From Antedon mediterranea (taxonomy: Eukaryota; Animalia; Echinodermata), in contig NC_092671.1 in NCBI RefSeq assembly GCF_964355755.1, positions 36,528,304 through 36,592,303 of the forward strand: a DNA stretch of 64,000 nt. Direction: 5' to 3'. A program made the translations under genes and the position numbers. The notes below the pieces were generated by a model. That model did not search any database and was not told the origin of the DNA. It saw nothing but the letters and a program-made list of their open reading frames with translations. Shown piece by piece: positions 49,801 to 64,000 of this stretch (its first letter is position 1; each line of letters opens with the position of its first letter).

Positions 49801-52800
49801 CTTAAACAATATATCGTAACATTGGTAATATTATAATAATAATATGATCCAGATATATGTAACTGCTCTGTCATTCAAAAATCATCTTCAAACTTCTTTT
49901 TTTTTTACAGAATAATAGCGACTTAGATTTGCGTGTTCGAATTCATGAAGTTTATGGTAAAGGATTTATGAAGAAGAGTAAGGTAGGCTTTGATTAAGAG
50001 TACTCTAGCTTGATTTCATTCTCTTCAAAGATATACTTGACTATACAGTACTAACAATGGTTTGAGTGTAGAAACGATGTCAACCCAGTTCTGATTGGTT
50101 GGTATAATTATATATTTTTGTATAATTCAACCCAAAAGTTGCAATAAAAGTATTTTATCCTTATTATTATTTAGAGGGTTAGGTTTTTAATAAGAGGTTT
50201 TATAGTTAGGAATAAATTGTTTATATTTAGGAACTAGTTTTATGTTTAGGGAGTTTTATATTTAGGAAATAGGACAGCCAATCACAATGCAGTTAACATC
50301 AATTCAATTCAATTCAAAATTCTTTAATCATCCCACACGGGGCAATTCAAATAAAAAGGTCTGGATTAAAATGATCTTACAAAATATACAAAATATCACA
50401 ATACACAGAACAAAATAGAAAAAAAGTCAAGTCAAGGTTCAAGAATTTAAGAGTCGAATAGCCACTGGCAAAAACGATCTCTAACGTCATTATTGAGACT
50501 AATATGTTTTATTATTATTATTTTAGCAGAAAGTGAAATCTCAAATGATCATATAGAAAATACTCTCACTTCTTCTTGAATTGTCTTTAGGGTTTTTATT
50601 AGGCTACATTGTAATATTATATTGTCACTCCAGAAGAGCATAACAATCGAAACCTCAAGACATTCGCTTTTTTAATTTCAAGGAAATAATTATGCTTTCA
50701 TTTTATTTTTTTATTTTATTTCACATACATCTAACGCCAAGTACAGGATGCCTTAAAAACTCAAATATAAGTAAATTAGATTAAAATATATATAACAAGT
50801 TACTCAAAATGTACAAAGTTAACGATCAAAAAATCAAAACAAGAACATAGAAAAATCATGAACTAACAAACTTTTCCTATTTCTACATCCTAAACTGTTT
50901 TTTATTTTTCTACCATCATACCTTCTATATTTTCATCCTTTATCTATTATACGATATAAACAGCATTACACGCGTACATCGTAACGCGAGCATTTCATTC
51001 TATACGCATACGCACTTTTATCGAACATAATTTACGATAAGACATCAACCGATTCAGTTCAAAACCAGTTTAAGGTAAACATTTTAAATTTAAATTAATT
51101 TATGTTTCTATCCACTCTACCATTTTCATATAAAGATATTGTGGAACCACGTCAGGTCAAGTTCAATATTGAATATCGAAACGTGGCAGGCTGAAGGCGC
51201 TTGACCTTTGACAAGATCGCCTAAATTTTTAATATATTAACTTTACAATACTTAGTGTTGTATATTCTGGTACAGCCGCTCCATAATCTCTTTGCTTTTC
51301 TTCCTTATATCTATATTTTTAATTTATACTAACAAATATCTTTTTTATCTTTTTTATTAATATAATAATAATAATATATCAAACATTTATTAGATAATAT
51401 TCATCGCATAATATGCAATCTACGATAATTTAATTAATTGATATAACAAATTTATTAAATACATAACATCATTTGAATAAAAAGAACAAATCACATATCT
51501 ACACATAATCATAACATCGTATACTCTATCTCTAACAATTTATTCAATCTTCTATCGACTAAAGCCGAAGTATAGTCGTTATCTCGGGACCGTTCTATGG
51601 CCACCACCAGGTAGGCTTACTTCATTAAGGCTTCTATGAATGGATGTACTGGTTGGGAGCAGGAACGCTAGTAGACCAAACCCAGTACCGTTTTGATTAC
51701 GATCAATCGGGAAATTACCTCATGAGTAAAAAAAAAAATTGAATGAACAATCGTAGATTGCATATTATGCGATGAATATTATTATTATACTATAAAATGG
51801 AAGTTATTAAAATGAACTTATCTAAGCTCTGTCTTTATGTGACAAAATAATGAGATGTGCCCATATATGGACATGATGATGTCATATCACTACCATATTT
51901 GGGCACATCACACTTTTTTGTCAAACTGGTTTCATAGTGTAAACAGAGCTTAAGTACCTTAGATGAAACTAAACAATTTAAAAAGTGTAAATCTATTATT
52001 GCAGATAAGTCCAGATGCTTATGTTCAAGTAGCTCTGCAACTGGCCTACTACAAAGATGCCAAGAAATTTGCACTTACGTATGAAGCATCAATGACACGT
52101 CTGTATCGTATGGGACGGACCGAAACCGTGCGTTCGCTTACACCCGAGTCATGTGCATTTGTTAAGTAAGTGCTCATTTACGCAAATGTTTAGTTTATCT
52201 AACATAAGAAAAAATTGCATTGTGTGCATACATAAATTTTTTTAATTTATATATTAGATATATTGTCCCCTAAAAAAATGTTTTTTCCAATTTTTTTTTA
52301 TTATGCCATTTTATGTCACATAATAGTTATTCACTTTTACCAAAAACTGGATCAAAAACAAATTTATTTACCTGAAAAAATTGTAATTTAAGGCAAAAAA
52401 TACTTAAATTGTGTGTCCAGAAAAATGGTTTTTGATTAAAATTAAACGTTTCCTTTCCTTTTTTAGAGCGATGGTCGAGGACAATCGCTCGGATGAAGAA
52501 AAGGCACGGCTTCTCCACGAAGCAGCAAAGGTTCATGTACAATTATACAAGGATGCAATGAGTGGACGAGGTGTTGACCGACATATGTTTGCACTCTATG
52601 TCCTTTCAAAAGGCTTTAATCAGGTAATCATATTACTGTATTCGGGAGTATAGTGACCTTTGAACTTCAGTATAGCTCCTTTGTGTTTGTCCTCTATGGC
52701 CTTAAAAAAGGCCCCAGTCAGGTATCAGATTTTTATTTTTATACGCATCCAAAAGCGAGTAACTCACCAATTACGGGATGGATAAACTTTTTTATAACTT

Positions 52801-54155
52801 ATATCATGCTTATAAACTAAGTCTCATTTGAGGCTTATAAACTAAGTCTCATTTGAGGCTTATAAACTAAGTCTCATTTGAGGCTTAGGGAGTGGAGTTG
52901 AAAGAGTCTTGAGTTACAACCCTAGCACTAGGTCAAAATTGAACCTTGGACCTTGGGATTGGAAGGCAATCATGTTAACCAGCAAGCTACAGCTTCACTA
53001 TTTTCTACCCCCAGTATTTTTGTAATCATGAATGTATACATGAATACAGTGAATTTTTAAGTATGAACCCCTCTTTTGAGGACACCCTCAACAAGAGGAC
53101 AATTTTCTGTGAATCAAACAAGGAGTAATATATATTTAATAACCCCTATTCAATGGACACATAGTTTTACTGTACTCCCTGTTTTTTGTTTTAATATTTG
53201 TTTTCCTAATGGAAAGTTGTATATATAAAATAGCTAATAACTATTCTTATTAATTGTTCTTGTGTTCAGGAAAGTGATTTCTTGCATCATGCACTAACGA
53301 TGCCATGGACATTATCAACAAGTCAGACACCACAGCAACAAATGTCATCCAGCCCCAGGCTTGACTATGCTAATCGTGATAAAGTATGTCATTTCAAATA
53401 CAATATTACTATATATTTCCATTTTTAAATATTTAGTTATTGATTTTTTTAAAATATTTTTGACAAATCTTGGAATATCAGGGATTTAATAAAAGTTAAT
53501 AAAGTTATTAAATCAATGCTAAAATTATAACTCAGAGATAAGCAATGAAACTTTTCATTTTTAATGAATGCATCTCTAAATTTGATGGTGAAGGTTTGCA
53601 TGATGAAATCAAATTATTTATTTTTTTTATGTCAGCTGTACTGCTATACTTCCTGCAATATAGTTATTAATAATATTATCGTGCCTAATGTTGTGAAACC
53701 TCTAAACTCTGAACATAAACTAATACGAAAAAAGGAAATTCCTACCATGCCAAAATCGGTCGATCGGTCTAATTGAACCCAGGTCAGCACCAGTTGTGTC
53801 TCGGTCATCCCGGACTCAGGCGCCTCCTGCCCTACTAAATTAGATCTGAAACAATCTAGGTGGCACGTTAAAGGAGAAAAAAGGAGATTAATATGCTCTA
53901 TTAATTAGTTGAATAAATAATAATTAATTAATATCTATATCACCATAGGTATGTCCAGGAGGTGGTTTTGGGCCAGTGTCAGATCAAGGTTACGGCATAT
54001 CCTATATGTTCCCAGAAGATAGTATGCTGTTTTTCCATGTGTCGTCAAAGAAGTCGTGTCCCTTAACAGATTCTCAACGTATGCAGGACAATATATTTCA
54101 AGCCCTAGCTGAAATGAAACAACTTTTAGAGAATGTTGGAAAGAGCAAGACTTAG
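32693..54155 (+). CDS. CPT1: Carnitine O-palmitoyltransferase 1 (CPT1A-like), about 17 coding exons
   Basis: ATG at 32693 (MAEARSAV). Exons near 36547-36701 and 37071-37196 (two hydrophobic TM segments), 37661-37872 ([10 protein letters not shown]), 41126-41211 ([13 protein letters not shown]), 42017-42121, 42839-42971 ([13 protein letters not shown]), 43460-43512, 43869-43998, 44493-44634, 45054-45253 (WFDKS, catalytic [10 protein letters not shown]), 49201-49351, 49911-49982, 52005-52165 ([23 protein letters not shown]), 52467-52623 (GVDRH), 53270-53383 (WTLSTSQTP) and 53949-54155 (GGGFGPV..GYGISY, TAG). Confidence 0.96.
37420..37600 (+). mobile_element. tRNA-derived SINE family (related copies at ~9830-10020 minus, ~27000-27170, ~27445-27760 and ~52760-52995 minus)
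   Basis: A box TAGCTTGGTGG, B box GGTTCAATCC and a shared body AACTCCACTCCC.AAGAC. Confidence 0.7.
37948..38130. mobile_element. Harbinger-type MITE family 3 (other copies at ~9648-9810 and ~48827-49012)
   Basis: TIR AGGCCAATTTACACAGA and a shared interior (TAGAATCTATGTTATT...GGACAAGCTAC.CGGTTTTCCGCTTAC) in three copies, with TWA flanks. Confidence 0.8.
38257..40281. mobile_element. 2.0-kb non-autonomous TIR transposon, unclassified
   Basis: 14-bp TIR TAGGTATCCCAATG and a 7-bp direct repeat GTAGCAC at 38250-38256 and 40282-40288. No long ORF inside. Confidence 0.8.
43580..43785 (+). mobile_element. Penelope-like LTR remnant with a minimal type I hammerhead motif (second copy at ~61240-61360)
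   Basis: (C/T)TGAGGA-N-stem-loop-GAAACGTC-GAGA followed by a shared ~90-bp body in both copies. Confidence 0.6.
46951..47445. mobile_element. TIR element of ~495 bp (solo end also at ~15295-15336)
   Basis: AGGCCCATTTACACTAGGA at the left end and TCCTAGTGTAAATGGGCCT at the right end. Confidence 0.7.
51394..51782. mobile_element. Inverted-repeat element of ~390 bp in TA-rich sequence
   Basis: Perfect 33-bp inverted repeats ATAATATTCATCGCATAATATGCAATCTACGAT at 51394-51426 and 51750-51782. Confidence 0.7.
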
Positions 54156-56611
54156 TTTATTACTTTTAATTAATTGTTTAATTATTTAATTATTTTTAAT
54201 CATTAAATTATTGTTTTGTTTTTGTATTACAATTAATTAAATTTTAGACACAAATTTAAATTTATTTATTACAAACTAGTACAAGAATGTTGAAAAAAGC
54301 AAGACTTAGTAATATTACTTTAAATTAATTTTTAAATTATTTAATTTTAAACAATTTTTAATTATTAAATTATTGTTTTGTTTTTGTGTTACAATGAATT
54401 AAATTTTAGACACAAATTTAAATTTATTTATTACAAACTGTTACAAGAGGTCAAAATCAAATAATTGTGAAAACAAAAAGACTTAGTTTATTACTTTTAA
54501 TTAATTTTAACTATTTTTTTTGTCTTACAATGAATTAGTTTTAATTTATTTATTACAAATTGTTAAAAGAAAACATTTACTGTATCCAGCAGATTTTTAA
54601 CTGAACTTTTCCGTTGAAAATAGTTTAAATAAGTTGTACACTACTTTTACCCATTATGGTGTGGAGCTCGCCACTTATAGAATGAAACAATTTTTTTTTT
54701 TCAACGATAAGAATTTAATAAAATTCAAAGCACTTATCAACTCAAAACATTTTTTAAATTTAGATTAAAATAATAATTTTAGAACTGCCTTCTGTTATTA
54801 TTTTAAAACATGACTAAATATTTTAATTGTTTGTATATAATAAATAAAGCAATTGGTGCATATTACATAAGTATTATGTTGTGTGATAATATGTTGGTTT
54901 CTTTTAGTACATTTAAAATGTGATACCCTAAACATTGAAGCATATGCTTATATCGGTGTGAATATTATTAAATAAGTAAATGTGTGTGTTTATATAAATA
55001 ACTTGATAGTTTATCCAAGTTTGCCAAAATGTGACAATACCTTTTAACGAAATGATCGCACTTAGGCATCTCATTTAATCTTGGACATGTTAATGAATAT
55101 ACAGTACTTTTATAGTCATGTTATCAGTCAGTCAGTGAGTTATAGTTTATAGAGTTTTACAGCCAAAATGGTTGTATACCTGCTTTGCGATGTGATAATC
55201 TTTGGGGGTTTTTTTTCTCAACTCAATTGTGTAGGTCAAATGTCATACATAGCGCTTGCTATTACCTTATTGATGCTGTTGATATATAGACAATCTTGCC
55301 ATTATTTGATATTTTTGTTTTTTTATTTATTGTATAATATAATTTTGTGAATTTTCTAAGTAACAAATTATGATTTCTTTTAGTAACTTTTTTTTGTTTT
55401 TCGCTTTCATTTCTTTCTTTTTTGTTTTTCACCTCTCCACTTTTAATACTTTTTTTTCTCTTTTTTTGTTTTTCACCTCTCCACTTTTAATACTTTCTTT
55501 TTTTCTCTTGTTTGTTTTTCACTTTTCCACTTTTATTATTATTAATATATTATTATTATTTTCTTTTTCTCTCAAGACATATTTTACTGACGTAACATGA
55601 TATAGCATACAAAAACATAATACTGTAACAAAATGCATAAGGTAAAGGGAAAATTAGCATGAATACTAGTTTCAGAATTGTAAGAAATTGACATTCACAC
55701 TTTTAAAGCACTGACATATAATAGTAATAATAGTCTGTAAAATATAAATATTAAAAAAATAGTTCATAATTTAATTTTAGCTGATAAAAGGAATCTCCCT
55801 ACAACTAACTAACTTAGTTTCTTATAACTATTTTACATTTTTTCTTCACTTCTAGAAATAGTATACTGTAGGTAGTCAAACAATATTAACGTTCAGGGGA
55901 AAAACTATAAAGCTATGTCTACACTATCTAACTTTATGTGACAAAAATATATGATGTGACCATTTATGATGATGTCATATCACTACCATATTTGGGTACA
56001 TCTCTACCTTTTTTTTTGTCAAAATAGTTTGATAGTGTAGCCAGAGCATTAAACATTATCTCTTTTAAATTTATTCCCGTCATTCACCTAAAGTTGCCTC
56101 CAATCCAATTTAGTTTATGTAAATATTGTATGTAGAACTTTGATGTTATTGTTGGATTTCATGTTGATAAAAAAAGGCAATTTTCAAAGCGCCATTTGCA
56201 ATAATAATGAGTGTTGTAATTTGTTTCACCTCACAGTGGTTTGGCAATATTTGAATTGAATGTTAGCTAGATAAAGGGCTTTTTTTAATTAGCTTGTTGA
56301 TAGTTCTTCAAATGCTCAAATGTTAACATTTGTAAGGTTTAAAAATGTTTTTGTAATGAATTATGTGTATACTGTACTTTTGATGAACAAACTAACGAAC
56401 AAAACCCCCTTTGATTTTGTTTAAAATTTGAATTTGATTACAATCTAACGTAATAAATAATGCAAAATTAAATTGTAAAGATGTCGACATTTTAATAACA
56501 ATGTGGGATAAAGCAAGTGTGCTATGTGGTATTATATTGAGCATTAGCCTATATGTATAGTATGTTATATAATGCCAGTATCCTTTCATTTAAGATTCCT
56601 CAATATCCATT

Positions 56612-56810
56612 ACAGTCAAATCTCCCAAAATTGGCAATCAACATCCCTAGTTTTTCCAGAAATTCCAGTTTCAAAAAACCATTTTAAAGTTAACTAAATA
56701 TATAAACTTTTATTTTACAAATTCAATGCATATAAAAATCATATGAAGTTAATGGAAACCTTTTGAAATTCTAATTTTTGCGAGTTTCCGGTTTTGGGAG
56801 AGATGACTCG
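56612..56810. mobile_element. Decayed pogo/Tigger-like MITE (fragments also at ~8870-8945, ~24060-24275 and ~30560-30715)
   Basis: TA-CAGTCAAATCTCCC at the left end and GGGAGAG.TGACT at the right end, with recurring TTTTCCAGAAA.TCTGG repeats. Confidence 0.5.
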
Positions 56811-57607
56811 ATAATGGTATTAATCAATGCAAGTAAAATATATGTAATGCTTTTTTTATGCAATATTATAGTTTAATGTCACTTTGTATTAATGAATATT
56901 CATTAGCCATTTTTTGCATAAATGTAATAAGCATTGAATGATTTGAAAGAAAAAGTTTGATTGAATGTTACTTGTCTTGTTGTATTCTTTTATTGTTTTC
57001 AATTCAGGCTGTAAATAATAATAACAAATTACATTTATAAAGCGCTTCATAATGACAGAAACAAACTCCAAGCGCTGTACATAAAAATAACATAAACATC
57101 TGGTCAGCTTAAAGATATTAAATAATTTTGTTTACAATTTTTTTTGTTGAATATACCATTTTAATGTTATATAATAGTTATTGACTTCAACCAAGAATTG
57201 GATCCAATGGATTTTTGGTTGAATTTAACCATCATGTTATTTTATAAGTGAAAACATTATTTTTTTCTGTTTTTTTTTTACGGAAGTGATTCACTTTATT
57301 AAAGCTAAAAAATAACCTATTCAAAGTCTGATTTAATTAATCTTTATTTTTTTATGTTTTTGGGGGACAATAAATCTTTAATCTAAAGCAATCAATAGCA
57401 AAAATTTTTAAATTACAAAATAAAAAAAGGTATAATAATATACAAGCGAGAACAGTTTTAAAATACACATGTAGTTTTTGCAGGGGAGGTGTGGGGTAGG
57501 GGGAATGCGATGAAAGTAAAAGTTTCAAGAGAACTTGTACATTAACACTAAACATTAGTGTCACACATTTCATATACATATAATAGTGCATTACATCACA
57601 TATTAAA

Positions 57608-57772
57608 ACCTCAGCATTATGTGGTAGGGTGACCAGTTCATTTCCATGCTGCCGCATCCTCCCTAGTATTTTCAACCAGGTACTCATTTACAGCCGAGTA
57701 GACTGGGAGTTGTCAGGAATTGAACCCAGGTCTCTGTATGACAGTCAAGTGTCCTAACCACTCGGCTACCCA
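57608..57772 (-). mobile_element. tRNA-derived SINE with Meta-like domain
   Basis: Minus strand: TAGCCGAGTGG (A box), GGTTCAATTCC (B box), then CCCAGTCTACTCGGCTGTAAATGAGTACCTGG and CTGGTCACCCTACCACATAATGC, resembling the remembered Meta domain. Confidence 0.6.
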
Positions 57773-58744
57773 ACTCCATATGTTATGTTATATTGTCTCA
57801 CACTATTGCATCATCTATTTCTTTACCTTTTTAGAGTTCACGATTATCTTCTTAACCACAAGCAGTATTCAGTCCAGACTTAACCCAAAGTCTCTCGTTA
57901 TTATCTTTTTATGTTTATAGTATATCACTATACCAATATTTCGGTTTTTGTCTGTCCAGCTCAAGTTTTAAACATATGAAACGTCATGCGTGTCAAAATG
58001 TCTATCATATAACCAATATTAAGTTGAATCGCCGTTTTGCACGTAGACTATACTATAGTCGGTCATTTAAAAGTGTAATAAACACAAAGACATCAAAGTA
58101 CAATTATACATTTTTATTGAACCTACTAAAAAATACCTGCATTGAAAAAGTGACGAGGCACAACATACTACAAATAATACTAGATAAGAATAAATATTAT
58201 AAAGTATCGGATGTATTAGTCCAAAAGAATGCAACTTTACTATTCTCTTTGGTGGACAACACGTATCCTTAAGCACTGTCTACACTATCAAACTAGTTTG
58301 ACAACAAAAGTGTGATGTGCCAAATATGATAAGTGATATGGCCAAATATGGTAGTGACATCATTATGTACATATATGGCCATTTTTTTGTCACATAAACT
58401 TTGATAGTGTAGACAGAGCTTTATAAGACAATAACAACTGTATTTACGAAGGTTTTACCCAAATGTTCAAAAAGTTTATATTGCATTTAGTATAATAATA
58501 GTAACAGTATAAAAGTACATTTTCGAAAATTATTTTTAACACTAAATATTGTTCACGTCTCACAAAACAAACTTTACTAAAGAAAATAGATGTGGTTGTA
58601 CGTAGAGTATTAATTAATAATTTTATTGTCATATCAAACTATAATGAATATTATATAACTGGAATTTTTACACAGCATTAAATTAATTAATATCCAGAGG
58701 TAATGATTTATTGTGTGTAAAAGTTATGTCAAAGAATTTTAAAT

Positions 58745-63803
<5,059 letters not shown>

Positions 63804-64000
63804 TCTGTGTGAAAAAAAAAGAAACGGTTAGAAGGAGCATAGATGGATTAATACTTTTAATTTTTAGGCGTTTTTAAGTTTCTTCTTCTACAATGTTTCA
63901 GTTACAAATACTCCACCGTCATTCAATTTGTTTTGTGCTTTAGAAATTCTTATTTTTATTCTCTATTTGTATTACTTATTACGGTAAACTTAGGCCTAGT

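Larger units (their letters stand above)
1879..58420. mobile_element. Dispersed high-copy PIF/Harbinger-type MITE family (~140-210 bp, about 28 copies; span covers first to last copy)
   Basis: TIR AGCTCTGTCTACACTATCAAAC, often with matching TTA/TTA or TAA/TAA flanks. Copies near 1879, 5286, 6170, 6720, 7144, 10064, 10494, 11870, 13296, 13759, 17243, 22806, 23852, 24950, 26618, 27538, 30320, 35010, 45640, 45829, 46201, 47571, 48332, 49384, 49643, 51824, 55911 and 58272. Confidence 0.9.

Noticed and set aside
55370-55600. Phe/Leu-rich ORFs (also 246-542 and 3864-4064) as membrane proteins
   Set aside because: Translations of T-rich low-complexity DNA with non-coding composition.

Overview
AT-rich, intron-dense animal genomic DNA, probably an invertebrate deuterostome such as an echinoderm (inferred from the SINE domains and gene structure). 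It is not prokaryotic: most entries in the ORF track are exon fragments or spurious. Four multi-exon genes can be assembled by hand: NCAPG2 (minus, 3232-20354), aspartyl aminopeptidase DNPEP (plus, about 21344/23155-31286, head-to-head with NCAPG2), carnitine palmitoyltransferase 1 (plus, 32693-54155) and cathepsin L (minus, 58745-63803). There is also a tRNA-Lys(CTT) gene and a probable acidic terminal exon of an unidentified gene at 1343-1508. Introns are packed with non-autonomous elements: about 28 copies of one PIF/Harbinger-type MITE, other TIR elements, CORE-, Deu/Nin- and Meta-like tRNA SINEs, a 5S-derived SINE, and Penelope-like remnants with minimal hammerhead ribozyme motifs. The most notable structure is a zinc-finger ORF in the first coding intron of DNPEP. 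It appears to share its start codon with DNPEP and has two in-phase splice donors, so one locus could make plain DNPEP, a stand-alone zinc-finger protein, or a zinc-finger-DNPEP fusion. All coordinates were read by eye, and family assignments rest on recalled motifs rather than database searches.
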